Assembly (NCBI GenBank): GCA_963807065.1
Contig: CAWDZQ010000001.1
Coordinates: 266,014 to 330,013 of the forward strand
Direction: 5' to 3'
Length of the DNA stretch: 64,000 nt
From: an uncultured Chloroflexia bacterium
Lineage (GTDB): Bacteria; Chloroflexota; Anaerolineae; Anaerolineales; E44-bin32
Positions 46,288 to 55,082 of this stretch are shown piece after piece; within the stretch, counting starts at the first letter, position 1; each line of letters opens with the position of its first letter. The notes below the pieces were generated by a model. That model was not told where the DNA came from and did not search any database. It saw only the letters and a program-made list of their open reading frames with translations. Both the position numbers and the translations under genes were made by a program.

Positions 46288-48972
46288 TCAGCCGAGCGCT
46301 TCGAGCTGGCTTTGGAGCTTCTCGTGGGTCACGCGGTAATCCTGCAAGCGGGCCCGCTCTTTGTCGACCACTTCACCTGGGGCGCGCTTGGCGAACGGCC
46401 CAGAAAGCAGCCCTTCCAAGCGCTTGATCTGCCCCTGCACTTCGGCCAGCTCCGACACCAGGCGCTGCCGTTCGACGTCCACATCGAACAATTCGGCGGA
46501 TGGCAGAAAGACTTCGATGTTGCCAACCACCAATGGGACGGCGTGATCAGGCGGGGTGTCCAGACTCTCCCGAATATCCAATCGATCCGAGTCGATGTGC
46601 GCCAGCGCACTCAAGGATTCCCGTTGGGACTCGAACAGGGCCATCTGGTCCCCCGCCTGGATCAGGGCCGCTATCCGCCGAGAAGGCTCAACGCCTCGTT
46701 CCGAACGCAGGTTCCGCACCGCCCGAACCACGGCCATCACGCTTGCGAACGCCTGGATCGCCGCGTCTTCGGCCGGATCTTCTCCGGGTGCCTGTGGCCA
46801 GGCGGCGACGATCAACGCTTCCGCCCAGCCTCCATCCGGGCCAAGACCCTTGGGAGCAGCCTGGCAGGCGGCCTTCAGATGCCCCCACAGGGATTCCGTC
46901 ACAAAGGGAGTAAATGGATGCAACAGCCGCAGGCAGGCATCCAGGACGTCGACCATGATATGTGCCGTCAGCCAGGCACGATCGGCACCCAGCTCGAGTT
47001 GAAGTTTTCCCACCTCTAGGTACCAGTCGGCGAATTCGCTCCAGAAGAATTCATACACCTGCCGGCCGGCCTCCCCGAACTGATAGGCGGCGAAGAGCCG
47101 GTCAACTTCTCGTTCTAATCGGGCCAGCCGAGCCGTAATCCAACGGTCGGCCGAGGTCATCTCCGGTGCGTTGGCTGGCGCCTCAGGGACGCGGTCGACC
47201 GCCATGATCACCAGGCGGGCAGCGTTCCACAGCTTGTTAGCGAAGTTGCGGTTCGCCTCCACCCGCTGCAGGCTAAGGTTCATGTCGTTGCCCGGCGTCG
47301 AGCCCGTCAACAGGGTAAAGCGAAGCGCATCGGTCCCGAACTCGTCCATCACCTCCAGCGGATCGATCACATTGCCCAGTGACTTGCTCATCTTGCGGCC
47401 GTCTCCATCGCGCACCAGACCGTGCAAGTACACGGTGTGAAACGGGGCTTGGCCGGTGAACTCGAGACCCATCATGATCATGCGCGCCACCCAAAAGAAC
47501 AGGATGTCATAGCCGGTCTCCATCACCGAAGTCGGATAGAAGGTGGCCAAATCCTCGGTCTCCTCCGGCCACCCGAGGGTCGAGAAAGGCCACAAACCCG
47601 AAGAAAACCACGTGTCGAGTACGTCCGGGTCTTGCTGGATGGCGCTCGATCCGCAGTGGGCGCAGCGGTCCGGATCCTCTCGAGCAACCGTGATTTCCCC
47701 ACAGTCACCACAGTGCCAGGCGGGGATGCGGTGGCCCCACCACAGCTGCCTCGAGATACACCAGTCGCGGATGTTCTCCAGCCAATTGAAGTAGATCTTA
47801 GTGAACCTCTCGGGTACGATCTTGATGTCACCCGTTCGCACCACGTCCAGGGCCGGCTTGGCGAGGGGCGCCATTTTCACGAACCACTGGGTGGAGATCA
47901 TCGGCTCGATGATTTCGCCTCCCCGCTGGCTGCGCGGCACCTTCATCGTATAGGGCTCGGTCTTGATCGTCAGCCCTGCCTGCCGCATGTCTTCCCACAG
48001 TTTCTCGCGGCAAGCAAAGCGGTCCAGTCCGGAATATGGGCCGGCGTTTTCATTCATGGTGGCGTCCGGGTTGAGCACGTTGATGAACTCGAGATGGTGC
48101 CGTTTGCCAATGTCGTAGTCGTCCTGATCGTGCCCTGGAGTCACCTTCAGTGCCCCTGTGCCAAAGTCGCGTTCCACGTGTTCGTCGGTGATCACCGGAA
48201 TCGGCCGATCGAGCATGGGCACCAAGCAGGTCTTGCCCACGAAACGAGCGTAACGCGCATCCTCGGGGTGCACAGCCACCGCCGTGTCGCCCAGGATGGT
48301 CTCCGGCCGCGTCGTTGCCACCGGGATGAACTCATCCGAGTCTGCCAGCGGGTACTTAAACGCGTACAGCTTCCCCTGCTCCTCCGTGTACTCCACCTCA
48401 AGATCGCTGACCGCCGTGCGCAGCCCCGGCGACCAATTGATCAGGTAGGTGCCGCGGTAGATCAGGCCCTTTTCGTACAGGCTGACAAAAGCCTCGCGCA
48501 CGGCTTTGGACAGCCCTTCATCCAATGTGAAGCGCTCCCGGCTCCAATCGCATGACGCGCCCAGCCGGCGGATTTGCCGGCCGATGATGCCGCCGTATTT
48601 CTTCTTCCAGGTCCAGACGCGGGCCTCAAAAGCCTGGCGGCCGATTTCTTCTCGGGTGACCTCTTCGGTGGCCAACAGATTACGTTCCACCTGCAGCTGG
48701 GTGGCGATGCCGGCGTGGTCCGACCCCGGTACCCACAGCGCTGGCGCACCCAGCATCCGTTGGTGGCGGATCAGCAGGTCCTCCATGGCCACAAACATGG
48801 CATGCCCCAGGTGCAGCTCGCCGGTGACATTAGGGGGAGGCATGGAGATGACGAAGGGCGCACGATCCGCGTTTGAAGCGGGTTGGAAATAACCCTGGGC
48901 TTCCCACATGGCGTAGATTTCGGGCTCCACGCTGCGAAAATCATAGGCCTTGGGTAAGGCTGGTTCGGTCAT
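46288..48972 (-). CDS. valS: valine--tRNA ligase
   Basis: PPPNVTGELHLGH (HIGH). KMSKSLGN (KMSKS). Editing domain and C-terminal coiled coil. The true start is the ATG at 48972 (SD GGGAGG); the upstream part of the track ORF is the T-box leader. Confidence 0.92.
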   Translation of the reverse strand: MTEPALPKAYDFRSVEPEIYAMWEAQGYFQPASNADRAPFVISMPPPNVTGELHLGHAMFVAMEDLLIRHQRMLGAPALWVPGSDHAGIATQLQVERNLLATEEVTREEIGRQAFEARVWTWKKKYGGIIGRQIRRLGASCDWSRERFTLDEGLSKAVREAFVSLYEKGLIYRGTYLINWSPGLRTAVSDLEVEYTEEQGKLYAFKYPLADSDEFIPVATTRPETILGDTAVAVHPEDARYARFVGKTCLVPMLDRPIPVITDEHVERDFGTGALKVTPGHDQDDYDIGKRHHLEFINVLNPDATMNENAGPYSGLDRFACREKLWEDMRQAGLTIKTEPYTMKVPRSQRGGEIIEPMISTQWFVKMAPLAKPALDVVRTGDIKIVPERFTKIYFNWLENIRDWCISRQLWWGHRIPAWHCGDCGEITVAREDPDRCAHCGSSAIQQDPDVLDTWFSSGLWPFSTLGWPEETEDLATFYPTSVMETGYDILFFWVARMIMMGLEFTGQAPFHTVYLHGLVRDGDGRKMSKSLGNVIDPLEVMDEFGTDALRFTLLTGSTPGNDMNLSLQRVEANRNFANKLWNAARLVIMAVDRVPEAPANAPEMTSADRWITARLARLEREVDRLFAAYQFGEAGRQVYEFFWSEFADWYLEVGKLQLELGADRAWLTAHIMVDVLDACLRLLHPFTPFVTESLWGHLKAACQAAPKGLGPDGGWAEALIVAAWPQAPGEDPAEDAAIQAFASVMAVVRAVRNLRSERGVEPSRRIAALIQAGDQMALFESQRESLSALAHIDSDRLDIRESLDTPPDHAVPLVVGNIEVFLPSAELFDVDVERQRLVSELAEVQGQIKRLEGLLSGPFAKRAPGEVVDKERARLQDYRVTHEKLQSQLEALG

Positions 48973-49302
48973 GATGCCTCCCTTGTCCGGTGCACCGCTG
49001 AAGGCTGAATCAAGAAGCCCTTCGTCCTCGAGGACGAAGGGCTTTGGCCTCCGCGGTACCACCTCGCTTCGCCGCGCGCTAGGGCGCGGTCGCGCTCGCT
49101 TGCCCGACAAACATCGGGCGTTCGCTGTAACGGGCTCACCCGCGCCGTTCTACTGACCTGACCTCAGGCTTTCTTCGGCGAGCGGGCCGGGCGACCTTGG
49201 GCGGTCATCGCTGGGGGGAGCTTCCAGCCTTTGGCTCCCCTTCTCTAGCAGCGGGATCCCCGCTTACTCCTCCCGGCCATGCATCTTGCTACGTTCGAAT
49301 GT
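48973..49302 (-). promoter_or_regulatory. T-box riboswitch leader (specifier GUC, Val) with terminator/antiterminator
   Basis: On the minus strand, stem I is GGCCGGG...CCCGGCC with AGUA and AGAGA motifs, the distal loop is GGCUGGAA, and the specifier loop is ..CAAG-GUC-G. The T-box sequence GGUGGUACCGCGG lies at 49051..49063. The terminator is AAGCCCTTCGTCC-tcga-GGACGAAGGGCTT + CTTGATT (49008..49045). Confidence 0.8.
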
Positions 49303-49308
49303 GCGACG

Positions 49309-49337
49309 ATTATAGCAAATCGGGGTCAGCCGATCAA
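49309..49337 (-). promoter_or_regulatory. sigma-70-type promoter TTGATC-17-TATAAT driving the valS T-box leader
   Basis: On the minus strand: -35 at 49332..49337 and -10 at 49309..49314. Confidence 0.6.
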
Positions 49338-49342
49338 CGCAC

Positions 49343-50299
49343 TCAGGATTTCTTGGGCTTTCGTTTCAGCGGCCCATTCCACGGACCGGGGAACAGCTCC
49401 AGTGCCCGTTTGGCGGCGGTGGCGATCTCCTTATTCCGATCGGTTTGCCGGCCGTGCACAGCCGCCTTGGCTTCGGGCGTGTGCAGTTCGACCAGCCGCA
49501 GCAGAGCCACCATGCGGCCCCGGCTGTTGTCCCCTTCTTCGCTTTGCCCAGATTCGGAAATCGTAAAACCCGAACGCGGGCTGTTGACCACCGCCACCAG
49601 GGCCGGGATCACCGCCGGATCGTCGAATCGCGCCAACTGTTTGACTGATTCGAAAGCCTGATCTAAATCCGCCAGGCCAATAGATCGTGCCCGGTGCAAT
49701 GAAATGCTCGTCAACATGACCAATTCGCGCACCAGCGGATCCTGGTCATCCAACGCAGTCTCAAGTTCTTTGAGAGCGACCTCATTCTGGAGCATGCCCG
49801 GCCGATTGGCGAACTCGACGGCCGCCCTGGTTCGTACCGTGCGATCGCCAACCCGCAAATCGTAATCGGTTCGCCCACGCTCGAGAAGCCGAGCGACGGG
49901 CGATTGTTCTTGGGGCAGATTGGCCTGCTGGGCCATGAAGTCCATCGCCTCTTCCGGCGAATCCATCATCCATAGCGCCTGCTCGGCTGCACGGGAGATG
50001 GCCTCGTCGCCCAGGGCCCTCAGGCCATCAATGAACACCCGCAGACTCTGGCCGCCGCTTGTCTGGACGACATGCCGGGCGCGTTCTCGCCAGGTGTTGA
50101 TTTCCTCGGCCACGGCTACCTGTCTGGCTTTGGCGGCTTTGAGCTTGGCGAGGTGCTCGTTCCGAGCCTCACCGTGGTGCTCCAGCAACTCAGCGTTCAA
50201 TGTTGCGATCGTGTCGGTCAAGCCTACAAATTCACGCTGGACCTCGTCCGCTTTGCGGTCCAGTGCTTCACGTAATTGGCGCAATCCAAGCCCGATCAA
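49343..50299 (-). CDS. hypothetical alpha-helical (HEAT-repeat-like) protein
   Basis: 318 aa. N-terminal coiled coil, then repeats of the DPxVR/ALxxL type (DDQDPLVRELVML, FDDPAVIPALVAVV). Confidence 0.4.
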   Translation of the reverse strand: MIGLGLRQLREALDRKADEVQREFVGLTDTIATLNAELLEHHGEARNEHLAKLKAAKARQVAVAEEINTWRERARHVVQTSGGQSLRVFIDGLRALGDEAISRAAEQALWMMDSPEEAMDFMAQQANLPQEQSPVARLLERGRTDYDLRVGDRTVRTRAAVEFANRPGMLQNEVALKELETALDDQDPLVRELVMLTSISLHRARSIGLADLDQAFESVKQLARFDDPAVIPALVAVVNSPRSGFTISESGQSEEGDNSRGRMVALLRLVELHTPEAKAAVHGRQTDRNKEIATAAKRALELFPGPWNGPLKRKPKKS

Positions 50300-50510
50300 C
50301 CCGCGTTGCCTCCTGATCCTGGCGCCTCACCAACCCTGGCCGACGGCACCGTCACATGCACCGGCCTGGGGACACTCGGGCCGGAGCAACCTTTCCCGTC
50401 AGTATAGTTTTGCATCATTCGCCGGTCAAACCTCCAGACGGACACGATTTGCCCGCAGTTGAGCGTGCGCTCACAATCGGCATTAGACCGCTTTTCACCC
50501 CGATTGGACC

Positions 50511-50924
50511 ATGGTCAAACTCATCGATCTTGGCGCCCTGCCCCACCGTGCCCGGATGCAGCTTCAAGATCTGGGCGTCCTGACGTTTGAACGGCTGCTT
50601 ATGCTGGCAGCGCGCCAGACGGGCCGGGCTGATCTGGCCGCTTAGTCTAGGGTGCTCGAGGCGCAATTGCTCGATTGGGCCAGGCTGGCCGACCTGTTGC
50701 GGATCCCGGGCATCGGCGCCGCCTATGGGCAGTTGCTGTGGCGCGCAGGCATAAACTCGATCGCCGACCTGGCCCATTATGACCCCGATGAACTTCACCA
50801 CCAACGCAATGCCCTCAACCCCAAGGAACACATCGTCCGCGGCCTGCCGCCGGAAGATGAGCCCCAGATTTGGTGCGAGACTGCGCGGCACATCCAGCCC
50901 GCCGTTCGAGGCTGGTCACCCTGA
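50511..50924 (+). pseudogene. DUF4332-like (tandem helix-hairpin-helix) protein interrupted by an in-frame TAG
   Basis: The ATG at 50511 gives MVKLIDLGALPHRARMQLQDLGVLTFERLL..RADLAA-TAG(50643..50645)-SRVLEAQLLDWARLADLLRIPGIGAAYGQLLWRAGINSIADLA.. in the same frame. The track shows only the distal part. Confidence 0.55.
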
Positions 50925-52034
50925 TCAGTCATTGTCCGGCCTGCCGAAGAGGCGGGAAGCCGCTTGAGGATCCACCTGGTCCAGGTAGTGGTGGACATCA
51001 CGCTGCGGGAATGGAATCACGATGCCCGCTTCGTTGAGCGACTTGTAGACGGCCGAGTTGACACGGTCGACGATCCTCCGAGTATCGACATACGACTCGA
51101 TCCAAACCCTCAATCGGAACAAGAGGGCCGAGTCGCCCATTTCTTGGAACAGCGCCTCGACGGGCTCCGTGGTTCGAATACCCTCCACCCCCATGGCGGC
51201 ATCGATCATCACCTGACGGGCCCGCTCGATGTCGGATCCGTAGGCCACGCCGACGCTGACTTCGATCCGGTAGTGGGAATTGGGAAACGAATGATTGATG
51301 ATCAAGCTCTTGCCGATGATTGAGTTGGGGATAATCACCATGCGGTTGTCCCGGGTTCGAATACGGGTGCTCCGCAAGCCGATATCAGTCACGTCGCCCC
51401 AGGTGGCCAGATCCTGCAACTCGATGCGGTCGCCAATACGAAACGGGCGATCGACCATGATCACAAATCCGCTGAAGATGTCGGAGAGCGATGCCTGGGC
51501 AGCCAGCGCTATGGCCAATGAGCCTATGCCCAAGGTAGCCACCAGTCCGCTGATCTCGACGTTGAAATGCTGGAGCACCATGCTCAACACGACCAGCCCC
51601 AGAATGACCAGGCTGATCCGGCGTAGGATGGGCAGCAACTGATCGCCCAGATCTGTCTCCGTCTTGGCAGCCAGCTCCCCCGCATACCATTTGAACAAGC
51701 GGCTGATCAACCGCCACAAGAATACGAAGCCGACGAGGACGTACACGACGAAGAAGACATTTTCAATGGTCAACGCGTAACGTTGAGGAATGAAATCGAG
51801 CCGGGCGATCGCCCACTGGACGACGATCGCCAGCAGATACCAATAGAGCGGCAGTCGGATGGATTCGACCAGTGCGTCATCCAAAGTGGTTCGCGTGCGA
51901 TGGACGAGGCCAGCGATCCAGCGCTGGAGCAGCAGGTGGATCAGCCATCGGCCCAGAGTCAGCGCTGCGACGACAGCCAGCACGGCCACGGCCAAGTTGA
52001 CCCATTCATCGACGCGCAGACCCAATGTGGTCAT
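50925..52034 (-). CDS. mechanosensitive channel, MscS family
   Basis: Pore helix and beta-domain motif ASLSDIFSGFVIMVDRPFRIGDRIEL...GDVTDIGLRSTRIRTRDNRMVIIPNS. Confidence 0.8.
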   Translation of the reverse strand: MTTLGLRVDEWVNLAVAVLAVVAALTLGRWLIHLLLQRWIAGLVHRTRTTLDDALVESIRLPLYWYLLAIVVQWAIARLDFIPQRYALTIENVFFVVYVLVGFVFLWRLISRLFKWYAGELAAKTETDLGDQLLPILRRISLVILGLVVLSMVLQHFNVEISGLVATLGIGSLAIALAAQASLSDIFSGFVIMVDRPFRIGDRIELQDLATWGDVTDIGLRSTRIRTRDNRMVIIPNSIIGKSLIINHSFPNSHYRIEVSVGVAYGSDIERARQVMIDAAMGVEGIRTTEPVEALFQEMGDSALLFRLRVWIESYVDTRRIVDRVNSAVYKSLNEAGIVIPFPQRDVHHYLDQVDPQAASRLFGRPDND

Positions 52035-52161
52035 GCAACCCTCCTTTGTTCCGCGAATGTGTCTCTCGCTCTTGATATAGTAGACGGGAGCGGTCGGTCG
52101 GGCAAACCCCAACCGTCGAGCATATGGTCCGTGGAGCGGTCAACGGGCCGAGGAGGAGAAC

Positions 52162-52872
52162 ATGACATCTGAGTTGACCGGTCAGGTGGCCGTCATCACT
52201 GGAGCAGCGGGAAACCTCGGCCAGGCGGTTGCCGCCCGTTTTCGCCAGGCGGGCGCCCAGTTGGCTCTTGTCGGCCGCAGCGCCGAGAAGCTCCACCGAG
52301 CCTATCCCGATGAGTACAACGGCATTCTGATTCCCGACATTGATTTGAGGTCGCCGGGTGACGCCGATGGTATGCATCAGCTTGTTGTAGAGCAGCTGGG
52401 ACGCATAGATATCCTGGTCAACACAGTGGGAGGCTTTCTCGCGCCGGCCGCTCTAGAGGCCACCGACCCCTCGGATTGGGACCGGAACATGGATCTCAAC
52501 GCGCGCACAGTCTTCCTGGCCTGCCGCAGTGTGGTCCCCCTGATGCGCTCCCAAGGCCACGGGAAGATCGTAAACGTGTCTGCGCGCACAGCCCTGCGGG
52601 GTTTCCCCGGAGCCGGTTTGTACTCGGCTGCCAAAGCTGCCGTCGTCCGCCTGACCGAGAGCCTGTCCGACGAGGTCAAGCATGCGGGGATCAACGTCAA
52701 CTGTGTTCTCCCGGGTACGTTGGACACCCCCGAAAACCGCCAGGCCCGGCCCGATGCAGACACCTCTGGCTGGGTGCAACTCGACGCGCTGGCGGATGTC
52801 ATCCTCTTCCTCTCGTCGGATGCAGCCCGCGCTGTCCATGGTGTGGCGCTACCGGTCTACAACCTGACCTAG
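52162..52872 (+). CDS. SDR-family oxidoreductase
   Basis: TGAAGNLG cofactor motif and YSAAK catalytic motif. Confidence 0.85.
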   Translation: MTSELTGQVAVITGAAGNLGQAVAARFRQAGAQLALVGRSAEKLHRAYPDEYNGILIPDIDLRSPGDADGMHQLVVEQLGRIDILVNTVGGFLAPAALEATDPSDWDRNMDLNARTVFLACRSVVPLMRSQGHGKIVNVSARTALRGFPGAGLYSAAKAAVVRLTESLSDEVKHAGINVNCVLPGTLDTPENRQARPDADTSGWVQLDALADVILFLSSDAARAVHGVALPVYNLT

Positions 52873-52943
52873 TCTGTCATCACGCGTTTCGTCGCCGGGC
52901 TGTGATAGCCTAAGAGCAGACATTGTCAATCTGGAGAGTGGAC

Positions 52944-54039
52944 ATGAGCAAACTCGATGATCTGGCGAAGCTGGGGCAGTCCATCTGGCTCGACTTCATC
53001 AGCCGGGACCTGTTGAACTCGGGCCAGCTGGATGATCTCGTGAGCCAAGGTTTGCGAGGCATGACATCCAACCCCTCCATTTTCAATCAGGCCATCTCAA
53101 AGGCCGGCGCCTATGATGACGACATCAAGGCCCTGGTGGCCAAAGGGAAGTCGGTGCAGCAAATTTACGAGGCGTTGGCTTTCCATGACATCCAGAATGC
53201 ATGCGACGCCCTGCGGCCCGTCTACCAAAGGTCAGATCGGCTTGACGGTTACGTCAGCCTGGAGGTCAGCCCGACGCTCGCGCACGACACGCAAGGCACG
53301 ATCAACCAGGTTCGATCGTACTTCAACGCTGTGGATCGGCCCAACCTGATGATCAAGATACCCGCCACAAGAGAAGGCATCCCGGCGATCGAGGCCATGC
53401 TCGGCGAGGGCATCAATGTCAATGTGACACTGATGTTCTCTGTGAAGTCAATTGGACGACGTTTCCCAGGCCTTTATAAGCGGCCTGGAGCACCTCAAGG
53501 CTCGCGGAGGCGATGTGTCGCGGATGGCCTCCGTGGCCTCCTTCTTCGTCAGCCGCATGGATTCGATGATCGATCCGATGCTCGACACTCGCGGCGTGGA
53601 TGAACTCCGGGGCCAGCTCGGCCTGGCCAATGCCCAGCTGGCCTATCATCGCTTTACCGAGATCTATCAGTCCGAGCGATGGGACGCGCTGAGTCGGGTG
53701 GGTGCACGCGTCCAGCGCGTCCTTTGGGCCAGTACCAGCACCAAGGACCCCGCCTACCCGGACACGATGTACGTGGACGGATTGATTGGGCCGGACACGG
53801 TCAATACGGTTCCGCCCGAAACCCTGGAGGCTTTCCTGGACCACGGAACGGTCGCCCGCACGGTAGACCGGGATGTCGACGCCGCTCGAGCCGCCGTTGA
53901 GAAGCTCTCCAGCGTCGGCATCGAGCTAGACGAGGTCACCGACCAACTGTTGGTGGAGGGCGTCCAGAAGTTTGCCAGCTCGTTCGACAATCTGCTCCAA
54001 AGTCTCGAAACCCGCCGGGCGGCGCTCCAGCCCTCCTAA
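52944..54039 (+). pseudogene. tal: transaldolase (long type) with a +1 frame disruption at about 53445-53460
   Basis: Frame 3 reads ..GQSIWLDFISRD..GMTSNPSIF..IKIPAT..GINVNVTLMFSV then nonsense. Frame 1 continues ..QLDDVSQAFISGLE..SVASFFVSR.. The join keeps the expected FSV-x12-GLE spacing. The span is 3n+1 nt long. Confidence 0.85.
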
Positions 54040-54099
54040 CCCTGGCCTTGGGCACTTTGGGCCTCGAATGCCCGACCCAGGCGAGATTGGTCTGCACAA

Positions 54100-54119
54100 C
54101 TTGTGACGGTTTTCACAAG
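54100..54119. promoter_or_regulatory. palindrome copy E: cTTGTGA-cggttt-TCACAAg, upstream of gnd
   Basis: Perfect TGTGA-N6-TCACA core at 54102..54117, centred about 54 nt upstream of the gnd ATG. Confidence 0.5.
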
Positions 54120-54163
54120 CCGATCCCGGGTTTCAGGGTCGGCGATTTGAAGGAGAACAACGG

Positions 54164-55069
54164 ATGCGAATGGCAATGATCGGCTTGGGGCGCATGGGCG
54201 CCAACATGACCACCCGCTTGCTGCAGGGGGGCCATAGCGTGCTGGCCTTCGACCTGAGCGAGGATGCCGTCGCCAAAGCCAAGACGGGCGGCGCCGACGG
54301 CGCCCTATCGCTGGATGAAATCGCCCAGAAGCTTGAGCCGCCGCGCGTGGCCTGGGTGATGGTCCCGGCCGGCGATCCGGTCGAGACATCCGTCGCCAAG
54401 TTGGGGAAGCTGTTCGAGAAGGGCGACATCATTGTCGACGGGGGCAACAGCAACTACCACGACAGCATGCGGCGCGGCGATTCGCTCGCCGAGCGGGGCA
54501 TTGCCTACGTGGATGTCGGCGTCAGCGGTGGGGTTTGGGGGCTCAAAGAGGGTTATGGCATGATGGTCGGCGGTGACGATGATGCCGTGGCCACGATCCG
54601 GCCGATCCTTGAGACGCTGGCCCCCGCCCCGGACAAGGGCTGGGGGCACATGGGTCCGCGCGGTGCCGGCCACTTCGTCAAAATGGTCCACAACGGGATC
54701 GAGTACGGGATGATGCAGGCCTACGCCGAAGGCTTCGCCATCTTGAAGGCCAAGGAACCGTTCGACCTCGATCTGCATCAGGTGGCGGAGGCATGGCGGT
54801 ATGGGACGGTGATCCGATCCTGGCTGCTGGACCTCACCGCCCGAGCCCTGGCGGACGACGCCGGCCTGGCCGAGATCGCCCCTTGGGTCGACGATTCAGG
54901 TGAAGGGCGCTGGACGGTCCGGGAGGCCATCGACCTTGGGGTGCCGGCACCGGTGATCAGCGAGGCACTCTACGCTCGCTTCCGCTCGCGCCGCGACGAC
55001 AACTTCGCCGACAAGCTTCTGGCGGCCATGCGCCATCAATTTGGCGGTCACGCAGTGAAAGAGGAGTAG
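54164..55069 (+). CDS. gnd: 6-phosphogluconate dehydrogenase, decarboxylating (short, about 300-aa form)
   Basis: MIGLGRMGANM Rossmann motif. GGNSNY and DVGVSGGVWG motifs. Confidence 0.85.
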   Translation: MRMAMIGLGRMGANMTTRLLQGGHSVLAFDLSEDAVAKAKTGGADGALSLDEIAQKLEPPRVAWVMVPAGDPVETSVAKLGKLFEKGDIIVDGGNSNYHDSMRRGDSLAERGIAYVDVGVSGGVWGLKEGYGMMVGGDDDAVATIRPILETLAPAPDKGWGHMGPRGAGHFVKMVHNGIEYGMMQAYAEGFAILKAKEPFDLDLHQVAEAWRYGTVIRSWLLDLTARALADDAGLAEIAPWVDDSGEGRWTVREAIDLGVPAPVISEALYARFRSRRDDNFADKLLAAMRHQFGGHAVKEE

Positions 55070-55082
55070 GTTCCGCCTACTC
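55064..55082. other. hairpin spanning both stop codons of the convergent gnd / permease genes
   Basis: GAGTAGG-ttccg-CCTACTC (7-bp stem). No U-tract, so a terminator function is uncertain. Confidence 0.3.

Noticed and set aside
50643-50645. In-frame TAG as pyrrolysine, and the integrase TAA (606..608) as stop-codon reassignment.
   Set aside because: TAG and TAA serve as ordinary terminators of many well-defined genes in this window, for example TAG for gnd and TAA for korB. No pyl genes are seen. A point mutation or sequencing error is the simpler explanation.
6394-54039. Idea that the +1 disruptions are programmed frameshifts, or that they share a coding-strand 'extra A' signature (ttc-A-agc, ttc-A-ggc, gag-A-act, ccg-A-cgc, gtg-A-agt).
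   Set aside because: There is no slippery heptamer, shared upstream motif or downstream structure. At every site, other single-base deletions restore the frame equally well, so the 'A' pattern cannot be established from the sequence alone. It is recorded only as something to look at in the reads.
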